Sequence record: NC_027364.1
DNA length: 64,000 nt
Direction: 5' to 3' (one strand)
This document shows positions 40,779 through 50,343 of the stretch, one piece after another; position 1 is the first letter of the stretch; the number at the start of each line of letters is the position of its first letter. The translations under genes were made by a program, and so were the position numbers. The notes under the pieces are model-generated. The model had not been told where the DNA came from and did no database searches. It saw only the letters and a list, made by a program, of their open reading frames with translations.

Positions 40779-43700
40779 TTACCAAGTGAAGAATCCATTG
40801 TTTACTGACGCAGTACTTTTTTCATGAATACCAATATCCATATCCAAAATACCAAAAATATTCTCTAATTTTTTAGTTAGAACAATCTCTTCCATTTTTT
40901 CAGTATCAAATGGTAGTTCCAAGAACCATTCTGGAAGATACTCAACACAGTCAATTGGATAACCAACAGCTTTAATTCCCATAGGATTATCTTTTAAGTT
41001 ACAGACAATTACTTTTGTTCCATCCGTTACTTCTGGTACAGATTTATCATCATAAACTTCACGTAGACGGTTCCATTGGATACCAGCAAGAACGTGACCA
41101 ACTTTACACTTACCAGTTAGCTGATATTCAGCCTCTAAATTAGTGTAGTTTTTTACAGTTTTTGGTGAACCTTTTTCATGTACAGGCATATCCTTAAATA
41201 CGTCCTTAAACTCACGTACACGCTGTTTTAGCTGTTGTTCACTCTCACCTACAAGTAATGCGATTAGAGTCTCTTCTAGGAAGTTCTGGATGTATTTTGG
41301 CGTGTCTGAGCGTTTAATTTCAAGACCCATCGCTTTGATTTCACCTGGTTTACCATCAATATCTTTACGGAACCCATCTTCCCAGTACTTCAGAATTGCA
41401 TAACGTTTTTTCTTCAAGAATAGGCCACGCGAACCAACCATCTCAAGGTCTGCACCAACAATCTTACCTTTTTCAATACCAGTGTTGAACATCTCATGCA
41501 TAAATGATGGGAAAGATTCACCAACTTCTTCACCAATTTTAATATACATATCAACAATCTCTTCTTTAGATAGATTATATGGAATACCTTGTTCTTTCAG
41601 ATAATGAGTTACACTAAAGTAAACTGAGTCAGTATCACCATAAATTACTGAACCACCTTGGTGGTTATATACACCAGTAGTAATTTCATTGATACGACTT
41701 GCCATATGTTTGGTCATAGAACGTCCAGTTAATGTTACGGATTGACCTAAACGTTTGTCAAAAAAACGAGAACCTTTGTTCAATAGTGCACCATATAGAC
41801 TGTTTAGAAGAATCTTACGAATCTGTTGGTTCTGTTTCCAGAAAGCACTACGTTGTTTGAAGTAATCTTTTTCTTCTTTAGGACAGAAAATACGACCATC
41901 TTTTAGTACTAATCCGTTTTCTACAATCAACTTAGCAACTTCATCCCACTGTCCTTTACCAATTTCTTTACGAAGTAAGTATACAGGATCATTATCATGA
42001 ATATTAGTTCTAAACATTGTACCAGGGGTATAGTTTGATAGTAGTGGTTCAACTTTTTCATAGCCATTAAACTCCCAACCATCAGTATACATATGTTTGT
42101 AGTCAATGACCATTTTTTGCTGTGCTTTACGTTCAGAATACCATTGAGTTAGAATGTCAGGAATTACACCAGACTTAGACTTATCAAAAAGTGTTCCGTT
42201 TGCACTAAGTACAATAGTACTATCTTCTGCAAAAATAATATCATATAGCTCTTTGCCCGTTGCTTTAAAAGAACTCCCATCTTCTAAATCAACAATCAAT
42301 GTTTCTTCTGACTTTTCATGAACCATTGTAAATTCAACAGCAGCAAATAAACCATGCCATGCCGCAGTCCAATCTGGTTCAAATGATTTAGATTTAGATT
42401 TGTTCTTCTGTTCTTGGATTTTAGCTGCAAGATACGCATCGGTGTAATCTTGACGTAATTGACCAAGAATACATTCAGTACTCATACCCAAAGTACGTAG
42501 AACAGTAGGGTAAAGAGAGTTAAAGTCAGTACACCCAAGGTCACTTACAAGTCCTAGTACTGGATCTTGTACCCATGCACCTGCTGCTTTTGCACTAATT
42601 TTCTCATCTTCTTCTTCACCATCTTCACCATAATATTCCATTTCTGGATCAAACTCAAGATCATCTTTCGGTGCTTTGTTGAAAACAACTTCACCACGAG
42701 TATGTGCTAAGTTGATAATAGCAGTGTCGATTAGTGCTACTGAACCCATTGTTGTACTGATAAGTACACATTCTTTGTGTGCAAGTCGATTGTGTAGGTT
42801 GATATAGTCACATTTAGCATCAATCTTTTTAAGAAGAATACTATCCTGTTTAGAATAACGCAAGAAAGTAATGTAATCCTCTCTGTAAAGTTTATCCAAT
42901 GAACCTTCATAGGATACTTTATTTTCTTTAGTTACTTTTTCAGCAATATAATCTAGTTTATAAGATTGTTCAACTTGACCAGCATGTTTCTTATACAAAG
43001 CCAAATAATCAAGATGGACGCGACCTACCAGATCATATGTTTGAACAGTTTTACCAAAGTTGTCTGCTTCACGTGAATTTGGTTTTTTATTCCATAAACA
43101 CCAACGAGCAGTTGTTGCTTCATTGAAGATTTTTTTAGTTCGATTGATCATATATGGAATATCAAAGAATTCACTATTCCATCCTGAAATAACATCAGAA
43201 TCATCAATTAAACTAAAGAATTCCATAAACATTTCCTTTTCGTCTGTATATAAAATTACAGTACTGTTAGGATCGTTTGTTTCTTCATTTAGTTGGCGAA
43301 CAATATCTTGTGCTTCATAAATTTCCATATCAGCAGGTGGTAAAGTAAGTACATAATCCTTTCCAGTCCATGATTGATATAGAGAAATAGCGGTTACTCG
43401 GTTAAACGGGTCTGATGGTGGAGCATAACCAAATTTCTTATGGAAATCAGTCTCGATATCGAAGAACACGATGTTCAAATCGGGTGAACCTTTTCCCATA
43501 TATTCTTTAGCTAATGTTTTAAATGTAATGTTACAGTCACTTTCAAAAATACGTAGACCTTCACTTTTGTGTTGCTCTACACTTTTATTCATTTGAGCTT
43601 GAGTTTGAAACTCAAAATGTTTAGCCATTGTACCATAAACAGTTTTATGTGTTCCTTGTGGGGATTCAACATAATATTCATATACTGGATCTAATTCGCG

Positions 43701-43784
43701 TAGAATACGTTTACCATTCTTACGTTCAACTACATGAAGAATATCACCAGTACGTTTACGTTCCATATAAGCATCGATATACAT
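40779..43784 (-). CDS. gp43: family B DNA polymerase (gp43-like)
   Basis: Exonuclease FFDIET, GWNSEFFDIPY, YSKQD; polymerase DFNSLYP, KILLNSLYG, YGDTDS, KKRYA. Confidence 0.97.
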   Translation of the reverse strand: MYIDAYMERKRTGDILHVVERKNGKRILRELDPVYEYYVESPQGTHKTVYGTMAKHFEFQTQAQMNKSVEQHKSEGLRIFESDCNITFKTLAKEYMGKGSPDLNIVFFDIETDFHKKFGYAPPSDPFNRVTAISLYQSWTGKDYVLTLPPADMEIYEAQDIVRQLNEETNDPNSTVILYTDEKEMFMEFFSLIDDSDVISGWNSEFFDIPYMINRTKKIFNEATTARWCLWNKKPNSREADNFGKTVQTYDLVGRVHLDYLALYKKHAGQVEQSYKLDYIAEKVTKENKVSYEGSLDKLYREDYITFLRYSKQDSILLKKIDAKCDYINLHNRLAHKECVLISTTMGSVALIDTAIINLAHTRGEVVFNKAPKDDLEFDPEMEYYGEDGEEEDEKISAKAAGAWVQDPVLGLVSDLGCTDFNSLYPTVLRTLGMSTECILGQLRQDYTDAYLAAKIQEQKNKSKSKSFEPDWTAAWHGLFAAVEFTMVHEKSEETLIVDLEDGSSFKATGKELYDIIFAEDSTIVLSANGTLFDKSKSGVIPDILTQWYSERKAQQKMVIDYKHMYTDGWEFNGYEKVEPLLSNYTPGTMFRTNIHDNDPVYLLRKEIGKGQWDEVAKLIVENGLVLKDGRIFCPKEEKDYFKQRSAFWKQNQQIRKILLNSLYGALLNKGSRFFDKRLGQSVTLTGRSMTKHMASRINEITTGVYNHQGGSVIYGDTDSVYFSVTHYLKEQGIPYNLSKEEIVDMYIKIGEEVGESFPSFMHEMFNTGIEKGKIVGADLEMVGSRGLFLKKKRYAILKYWEDGFRKDIDGKPGEIKAMGLEIKRSDTPKYIQNFLEETLIALLVGESEQQLKQRVREFKDVFKDMPVHEKGSPKTVKNYTNLEAEYQLTGKCKVGHVLAGIQWNRLREVYDDKSVPEVTDGTKVIVCNLKDNPMGIKAVGYPIDCVEYLPEWFLELPFDTEKMEEIVLTKKLENIFGILDMDIGIHEKSTASVNNGFFTW

Positions 43785-43821
43785 CGTTTGTATTCCCTTA
43801 CGTTTATTAAGTTAAAAAGAA

Positions 43822-43841
43822 AGCCTCCGTCATTGGAGGCT
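43822..43841 (-). terminator. hairpin between dsbA-like gene and polymerase
   Basis: AGCCTCC-gtcatt-GGAGGCT, followed by TTCTTTTT on minus strand. Confidence 0.65.
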
Positions 43842-43863
43842 ATTTAATATATTTTAGTACTAA

Positions 43864-44166
43864 TTAGTAATCATCTGCTTGTGGAAGATTATTAGTAACA
43901 CTAAGAATAGTTTCGATATTATCGAGTTTATTTTGTTTGTCAAAGTAATCACCTTTGTACATACGTTGTGCAGCTTGTTTGATATCAGATGCATCGATAC
44001 CAAGTTCATCAGAAACACTAGAAACAAAATCAGATAAGGATGCTTTGGTATCATCAATGAAAGTTAGTTGTACAACAATGTTGTTAAGTGCGTCACCGAG
44101 ACGTTTACGTTGTTCATCGTTTAGATCACGAATTTCAACTTTAACTTCTTTTTTAGATTTAGCCAT
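43864..44166 (-). CDS. DsbA/GapR-like dsDNA-binding protein (start revised to MAKSK)
   Basis: Helical pattern ...VSDELGID..DIKQAAQRMYK resembles T4 DsbA (AKDELGVDGKMFNRLLALYHK). Confidence 0.6.
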   Translation of the reverse strand: MAKSKKEVKVEIRDLNDEQRKRLGDALNNIVVQLTFIDDTKASLSDFVSSVSDELGIDASDIKQAAQRMYKGDYFDKQNKLDNIETILSVTNNLPQADDY

Positions 44167-44230
44167 TTTGTATTTCTCCATGTGTGTTTTCAAAAAAATG
44201 TCACCTCACCACAATCGGTGAGATGACTTA

Positions 44231-44259
44231 ATTGTATCACGTCTTTACGTGTTGTCTCA
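44231..44259 (-). promoter_or_regulatory. TGRGAC-class promoter upstream of dsbA-like gene and polymerase
   Basis: TGAGAC aacacgtaaagacgtga TACAAT. Confidence 0.8.
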
Positions 44260-44772
44260 TTTTTTTTCCGGTTTAACTGGAAATGAAAATGTTTTCTTGA
44301 TCATGTCTGCTGGTTTGATTGAATTCAATTGCGTTACATAATCTTTCAATTTTACAAACAATACAGCTTCTTCATCAGTTGCTAACTCAAGATCCATAGC
44401 AGTTTTTAAGTGTCCAAGTTCTTGAATTGCAATGTATTTCAAATTAGATAATTCATTTTTTAGGCGTTCAATTTTTTCTTCTTTAGTTTCAATATAGTCA
44501 TGAATAGTATTTCCATCGTAAACCATACCATAAAGTTTGTTAATATCACCATCATATTCAATTTCAGAAACACTAAAACCTAAAGGTACTAGATCATAAA
44601 TGTTATATGATGCTGAAACAATTAAACCGTTAATATCATACATAAATTTTGCTTTATTAATGTCAAACAATTCACGAGATTCATACCAATCCATACCTTC
44701 ATCGGACATCATATACAAAGAATTAGGATTACCACCTTCTTTATCATACATCTTAAAATTTGTTAGTTGCAT
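44257..44772 (-). CDS. tail fibre assembly chaperone (Tfa-like); start revised to MQLTN
   Basis: EGMDWYE N-terminus and LKTAMDLELATDEE....L.....FPVKP C-terminus; follows the fibre gene. Confidence 0.8.
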   Translation of the reverse strand: MQLTNFKMYDKEGGNPNSLYMMSDEGMDWYESRELFDINKAKFMYDINGLIVSASYNIYDLVPLGFSVSEIEYDGDINKLYGMVYDGNTIHDYIETKEEKIERLKNELSNLKYIAIQELGHLKTAMDLELATDEEAVLFVKLKDYVTQLNSIKPADMIKKTFSFPVKPEKK

Positions 44773-44782
44773 TACACATTCC

Positions 44783-46393
44783 TTATTGTTGACGTACTGT
44801 TTCCCAGTTACCATTTATTTGCATTTGAACATAGCGATAACTAATTCGTTCTAAGTGAGTGCCTGAACTACCATTAACAGAAATCCATACGCCATCCATA
44901 AATGCACCTTCTGGTGTATATGTCCATGAAGAATCAGGTATTTTACTTGTTTCAATACGTGCACTCAAACGAATACTTTGTACGTTATTAGTACTAATTT
45001 GCAAAGTAACGTTGCCACTAGCATCAGCAGCAGTACCGTTAATTGAACGAACAATATTTTTACCACCAACAGTAGCTGAGTTGTTAGAAACAGTTAATGA
45101 TGGAGCAGCTAAAGTACCAGAAGAGTTTACAGTAACTTCTGCTCCACCGGAACGTAATCTCAATGTATTATTTGAAGAGTTATGATACACTGCCGCACGC
45201 TCACCACCGCTTGCGTTACGGAAATATAGAACTAATGATGTATCATTTGACTTAATTGACGCACTGTTTGCAATAGTCAATGAACCAGTCATTGTATCAC
45301 CAGTTTTTAGTACATAACGAGTGTTTGCAACTTTTTCACTCAATGCGACGTTAGATTCAGCAATGTTATATAGGTATGCAACGTTAAAGTGTTCCACATC
45401 AATGTTGCTAATACCATGATAGTGTGGTTGGTTTCCACCAAGTGTGTTAGTGTTTCCACTAAATGAGTGAATGTGGTCTGGTGCTTCGTTAATGTTATTG
45501 ATTACAGTTGGTATACCGTTATCATTACTTGAAGTTAACGCATTTAGACCACTACGGTCCATACCTTTTAGTGCTTGACTATGACCATGACGACCAGCAG
45601 CACCAGTGGTTCCACTAAAACTAAATGAGTGTGATGGTAACTGGGCAACACTTAATACTGTGCCGCTAATATTACCGCTACTACCAATAACACTATCAGT
45701 TTTAGTTACACCAGATGTAGATATACCTTTTAAGTATGCGTTTTGGTTAAGGTTTGGTACTTGTTTGGTAATTGTACCATTTTCCCCCTCCCATTGCCAC
45801 CACATACCATCAGCAAAACACCAACCGTCAGACGTTTTCCACGGAGCACCTTGTGAACCGTTTCGTCCACTTTGTCCATTCGATTGCCCTGACATTTGTT
45901 CACGTATACTAGCAACAGATTGACCAGAAGTCAATGAATATTGTGTAATAGCACCAGGTTTAAGTGAAGTGTAAAGACCAGTTGGACCAGAACCACCACT
46001 AGAAGCAGTAGGGAATACAATGTTTAAGTTTGTTCCACTAATACTTGCACTAGGAACAGTACTGCTACTGTATGTTACACTTTCTACTTTTAAATTTAAT
46101 TTTCTGTTTACTTCATCTAATGAAATTCTAATTGGTTCCAAAATAGTATCAGTATCGTATACTGCAATCCAACTTGTACCGTTATGATACTTCAAAACTA
46201 ATTCGTTTCGATCAAAAACCATTGCACCTTGTTCACCAGTAGGTAACGTTTGTACTGGTATAATAACTGATGACGAATTAAAACGAATAGGTCTTGGGTT
46301 AGTTGGTGTACCACCAAGCACTATTAGTTCTAAAGATCCATTAGCACCAGTACTGGTCATTGTATCCAATGGGTTATTAAAACTTATGCTCAT
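44783..46393 (-). CDS. tail fibre protein
   Basis: Gly/Ser/Thr-rich; collar-like GWCFADG; HxH motifs; YVLKTGDTMTGSL; C-terminal YVQMQINGNWETV. Confidence 0.85.
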   Translation of the reverse strand: MSISFNNPLDTMTSTGANGSLELIVLGGTPTNPRPIRFNSSSVIIPVQTLPTGEQGAMVFDRNELVLKYHNGTSWIAVYDTDTILEPIRISLDEVNRKLNLKVESVTYSSSTVPSASISGTNLNIVFPTASSGGSGPTGLYTSLKPGAITQYSLTSGQSVASIREQMSGQSNGQSGRNGSQGAPWKTSDGWCFADGMWWQWEGENGTITKQVPNLNQNAYLKGISTSGVTKTDSVIGSSGNISGTVLSVAQLPSHSFSFSGTTGAAGRHGHSQALKGMDRSGLNALTSSNDNGIPTVINNINEAPDHIHSFSGNTNTLGGNQPHYHGISNIDVEHFNVAYLYNIAESNVALSEKVANTRYVLKTGDTMTGSLTIANSASIKSNDTSLVLYFRNASGGERAAVYHNSSNNTLRLRSGGAEVTVNSSGTLAAPSLTVSNNSATVGGKNIVRSINGTAADASGNVTLQISTNNVQSIRLSARIETSKIPDSSWTYTPEGAFMDGVWISVNGSSGTHLERISYRYVQMQINGNWETVRQQ

Positions 46394-46433
46394 GTATAAA
46401 TCCCTTTATGATTAATATATACTATATTTATTC

Positions 46434-46760
46434 CTATAGCAAGTCGTTATCCATATCATCCCACACAGAATCAATGATGTTTGCTGCTATCTTTTTAGAC
46501 ATTTTAAACCACTCTGTGTTTGGTTGTCTAGTTGCATTCATTTGTTTAAGCCTTTTATGTATCTCTTTTTCAGCTAAACGTGCGTCTTCAAAGTGAACTT
46601 CATGATAAACTTCAAAATCACGAAACGGGGTAGCTGTCTGATACGTTCTCAAACGCTCTGTCATTTCAGATTTAGAAGTGAAACCAATCTTAACATAGTC
46701 AGGCCATGCAGAGTTTATTATAACATAACATATCTGTGACATAGATTCAATCTCCATCAT
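46434..46760 (-). CDS. T5orf172/GIY-YIG-like domain protein
   Basis: CYVI...YVKIGFT...ERLRTYQTATP...AEKEIHKRL...EWF. Confidence 0.8.
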   Translation of the reverse strand: MMEIESMSQICYVIINSAWPDYVKIGFTSKSEMTERLRTYQTATPFRDFEVYHEVHFEDARLAEKEIHKRLKQMNATRQPNTEWFKMSKKIAANIIDSVWDDMDNDLL

Positions 46761-46781
46761 TAATATGGAGATATTTATCTA

Positions 46782-47132
46782 TCAACTAATAGTGAATTTT
46801 AAACCAATATCAATTAAACGTTGAAAAGGATTATGTGGCTGAAATTCCGATGGTTCTTGTGCTATGTTTAGTACAGGAGCATCAGAATGCAGCACTGACA
46901 TACGCTCTCTATAATGATCTATGTATTCTTCATACAACATATCTTCAGTATGTGTATTAAGTATATCTTCTATGAAAGAATCTAAACTATAATCCAATCT
47001 ATCATCATTATAATACAATGTTTCAGTGGCTTCATCATATCCAACTAACGTACCATAAGGAACATTTATTTCTATATTTGAGTACTGACTCTTTAAGTAC
47101 TCTTCTTTGTTAAATTTGTATACAGTTAACAT
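46782..47132 (-). CDS. hypothetical protein
   Basis: 116-aa ORF with AAGGAG RBS. Confidence 0.6.
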   Translation of the reverse strand: MLTVYKFNKEEYLKSQYSNIEINVPYGTLVGYDEATETLYYNDDRLDYSLDSFIEDILNTHTEDMLYEEYIDHYRERMSVLHSDAPVLNIAQEPSEFQPHNPFQRLIDIGLKFTIS

Positions 47133-47188
47133 AATTTGATCTCCTTAATGTCACCTATGTGTATTTAGATGATTATCAAAAAAGAAAA

Positions 47189-47206
47189 GGGACTCCGAAG
47201 AGTCCC
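47189..47206 (-). terminator. UUCG-loop terminator after the major capsid gene
   Basis: GGGACTC TTCG GAGTCCC TTTTCTTT on minus strand. Confidence 0.9.
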
Positions 47207-47250
47207 TATTGTTTTTAATTTCTTGATTAAATCTTTTAAATCGATTACAA

Positions 47251-48426
47251 TTACATGAAAGTAACGTTTTTGATAGCGATTTTGCTGTAGTAGTCAGCAG
47301 CGTTACCAAGAGATGAAGTACTATCAGTCAATTGTACATAGCCATAACGGGTTAGAAAAGTTGTTACGAGTTCCCCAGTGTTAGGGTCCATTACAGTACC
47401 AGAAGCCATTAGTGGGATGTATGGGCAATAGAACACACCAGCATCAGTTTCAGCATTACCTTTATAACCAATCAAAATGTCCTCGGCATCTGAAGCATAC
47501 GTATCAACAAAAATACGCATAGTGCTGTTTAGAGTACCTACAAACTTAACGTTAGTTGGTGCTTCGAAAGTACCTTCAGTGGTACGTGCAAAGCTAGAAG
47601 TAGTAGCAGATTGTAGAATGGTTAGTGCAGTTGGGGAAACAACAGCCCAGTTTGCAGCACCACGCTTAGTACGACGAGCAACTTCGTTTGCTTGACGGTT
47701 AATTAGAGTTGCTAGAGCAGCGTGCTCATCACCAACGAAGGTTGCAACACCAGTAACTTTAGATTGGTCATAAGTTACAGCAGCAGCACCAGGTAGTGCA
47801 CGTAGACGGCTTAGTAGCTCTTGGTCGATTTCTACGGTAACTTCTTGAGCGATTGCAGCCATTAGTTCTGCTTCAACGTCAACACCATGTTGGGATTGAG
47901 CATCTTGTGCAGATTCAACAGTCCAACGTGCAGATAGACGACGAGATTTCGCTTCAACAGTTTCACGTAGAATACGGATGTTAACGCGACGACCCATAGT
48001 ACCTTCTAGTTGGCTAGTAGGAGCAGCTTGTGGGTTGCTATTATCCGCATTTAGATCACCAGAGTAGGATTTAGCGATTTTGTATGGAGAAAGCATTTCT
48101 TCACCAGCGATAACACCAGGTGCGTTATCAGCATATTGCACACGTAGGGTGTGGATCTGACCAACTGGACCAGTCATTGGTTGAACACCGATGATTTCGT
48201 TAGCAATAACGGTTGGCATTACACGACGCATAATTGGTAGAATCACTTTGTTTAGAGTAGCGATGTTACCAGCGGTAGTTGCACCAGAAGTTGCGGATTC
48301 AGTTAGCATAACTTTACGATGGTTATCAAGAACAGTTTCCATTACAGACTTACGAGTACCCTGTAGACCTTCAACTAGTTTCTCTTTTACTGCTACCCAT
48401 TTGGATTCATTTAGTAGTTGTGACAT
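47251..48426 (-). CDS. gp23: major capsid protein (gp23-like)
   Basis: IIGVQPMTGPVGQIHTLR, AKSRRLSARWT, EVTVEIDQE, FYCPYIPL, TRYG. Confidence 0.95.
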   Translation of the reverse strand: MSQLLNESKWVAVKEKLVEGLQGTRKSVMETVLDNHRKVMLTESATSGATTAGNIATLNKVILPIMRRVMPTVIANEIIGVQPMTGPVGQIHTLRVQYADNAPGVIAGEEMLSPYKIAKSYSGDLNADNSNPQAAPTSQLEGTMGRRVNIRILRETVEAKSRRLSARWTVESAQDAQSQHGVDVEAELMAAIAQEVTVEIDQELLSRLRALPGAAAVTYDQSKVTGVATFVGDEHAALATLINRQANEVARRTKRGAANWAVVSPTALTILQSATTSSFARTTEGTFEAPTNVKFVGTLNSTMRIFVDTYASDAEDILIGYKGNAETDAGVFYCPYIPLMASGTVMDPNTGELVTTFLTRYGYVQLTDSTSSLGNAADYYSKIAIKNVTFM

Positions 48427-48455
48427 TATATATCTCCTTAAAGATGTTATATTCG

Positions 48456-48490
48456 TTTTTCAGTATGATATTATTTATAGAACTGAAAAA
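48456..48490 (-). promoter_or_regulatory. late promoter TATAAATA for the capsid gene, inside a 9-bp inverted repeat
   Basis: TTTTTCAGT-tcTATAAATAatatcat-ACTGAAAAA. Confidence 0.75.
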
Positions 48491-48517
48491 TTTGATTATT
48501 AAAATGCTTTAAAATGT

Positions 48518-49633
48518 TTATTTTTTATTGATACCTGAAAGAACATCGAGTTCTTTTAGGAATGCCATATCGTCAGCGGTCATTTCTTCGCTTTCAACAA
48601 TAGCCTGACGGTTGCCAGTGATTACTTTACCTTCTGCAAGAGTTTTCTTAGCGGAAGACTGAACTGCTTGACGAGTGGTAGCAGATTCATTTACTTTAGT
48701 ACCGTTAAGTACTGACTTATGGTACTTGCTGAAATCTTCTTTAAGCTTTTCAGTAGGTGAAGTAGCTAGAAGGGATTCCATAATTTGTTTTTGCTGTGCA
48801 GTTAGTGGTTTTACTAGTTCAGACATAATCGCATTACGTGCTTGTGCATCTTCCATAATACGTAGTTTGGTTTTAGCAGCTTTAACGGCATTAGCAGTTT
48901 CATGTAGTTCTTGCTTAACTTGAGCAATTTCATCTTCTTTAGATTTAATTGATTCAGTTAGGGAACGTAGCAATGAATTTTCATTAAATTGTTTGACATT
49001 AAACTCTTGAGCAAATGCTTCAAAGATTTTACGACCAAACATATTTTGTTTTGCTTCCACTAGATCTTGTTTCAACGCATATAGATTCTTCTGAGTGGTT
49101 TCTGCAATATATTTAGCAGCACTTTCAGATGTACGTTTGATGAAGTTATTACGAGCTTCAGCAATTTGACGTGAACCTTCAGCAAGTAGTTTAACGCGAG
49201 TTTCTACTAGTTGGCGTTTTTCAGTGTGGAATTCTTTTAGCTCTTCTGCTAGGATACCGTTAGAAAAATTAACGAATTTACCCATGCATTCATGAAGATG
49301 CTTACGTTCTTTACGCATTTGTTTAACTTCTTCAGCCAAAACAGAGTTTGAAAACGCAGAGAAATTGCTTAGTGTTTTACGTAGAGTTACACGATCTTCA
49401 ACGAGACGTTTTTTCTCTTCATATACAGCACCCATTTCTTCAGCAATGACTTGAGTAACCATAGTGTTCAAACCTTCGGTTAGTTCAGCCAAATCTTGCT
49501 GATAACGGCCTTTCATTTCTTCACGCATCTCTGCGGCTAGTGTATTCTTTTCTTCATTCCATGCTTCCTGAATTAGCTGTTTTGCCTCATCAGAAAGAGA
49601 TGATTCTTTTAGAAGCTTTTCTAATTTAGACAT
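48518..49633 (-). CDS. prohead scaffolding protein (gp22-like)
   Basis: Long coiled coil between protease and capsid genes. Confidence 0.8.
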   Translation of the reverse strand: MSKLEKLLKESSLSDEAKQLIQEAWNEEKNTLAAEMREEMKGRYQQDLAELTEGLNTMVTQVIAEEMGAVYEEKKRLVEDRVTLRKTLSNFSAFSNSVLAEEVKQMRKERKHLHECMGKFVNFSNGILAEELKEFHTEKRQLVETRVKLLAEGSRQIAEARNNFIKRTSESAAKYIAETTQKNLYALKQDLVEAKQNMFGRKIFEAFAQEFNVKQFNENSLLRSLTESIKSKEDEIAQVKQELHETANAVKAAKTKLRIMEDAQARNAIMSELVKPLTAQQKQIMESLLATSPTEKLKEDFSKYHKSVLNGTKVNESATTRQAVQSSAKKTLAEGKVITGNRQAIVESEEMTADDMAFLKELDVLSGINKK

Positions 49634-49699
49634 TCGTTCTCTCCTTTAAGTACTGAAATATCTGTACTTCAACATACAGATATTTATATTTTTAAAATG

Positions 49700-50323
49700 T
49701 TAACCTTTTAATTTCTTGAAAAAATCGTATATTTCAGAATCTAAATTATTTACTTTTTTAGATTCAGTGATTTTTTTAGAACTATTACAAGGTGATCCGT
49801 ACTTACTCATCAGAGATTCAAATACCGCTGTTGGGTATGCTTCTGGAGCACTAGGTTGAGCAACAATATCAATAGTGATAATTTCAAAATCAGAAACTAT
49901 TCCATTATAATCAACGTTACCGGAACCGCGAGAACTTACACCAAGTTTTACACCAGCCTCTAGCATTTTACGGATATTTTGACCATGTGCAGTATCAAGT
50001 AGTTTGATTTCTGCCATACCATTAGCACCTTCCATCCAAACCTTAGTAATCATTGCTGCTACTCGGTCTAGGTTAATAGTTAGTGTTTCTGGATGGTCAC
50101 ATTCAACAAGAATGCTTTCACCTTTAGCTAAACGCTGGTTCATGTTATTTACTGCCCTTGTAATTTCAGATAAAGGGTAAATTCTCTCGTTCAAATTTCG
50201 TTGGTCGGCTTGAATAGCAATACCACGAAGATAGCAGTCACGCCCACCAAATCCATTATCACGATGTTCCAAAACAACTTTAGAATCATTGAATGAAGAC
50301 CATTCACGAATCATACTACTCAT
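49700..50323 (-). CDS. gp21: prohead protease (gp21-like)
   Basis: LRGIAIQAD..NLNERIYP, ECDHP, KLGVSSRGSG, DIVAQPSAPEA. Confidence 0.92.
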   Translation of the reverse strand: MSSMIREWSSFNDSKVVLEHRDNGFGGRDCYLRGIAIQADQRNLNERIYPLSEITRAVNNMNQRLAKGESILVECDHPETLTINLDRVAAMITKVWMEGANGMAEIKLLDTAHGQNIRKMLEAGVKLGVSSRGSGNVDYNGIVSDFEIITIDIVAQPSAPEAYPTAVFESLMSKYGSPCNSSKKITESKKVNNLDSEIYDFFKKLKG

Positions 50324-50343
50324 AATGATCTCCTTTCAGATAT

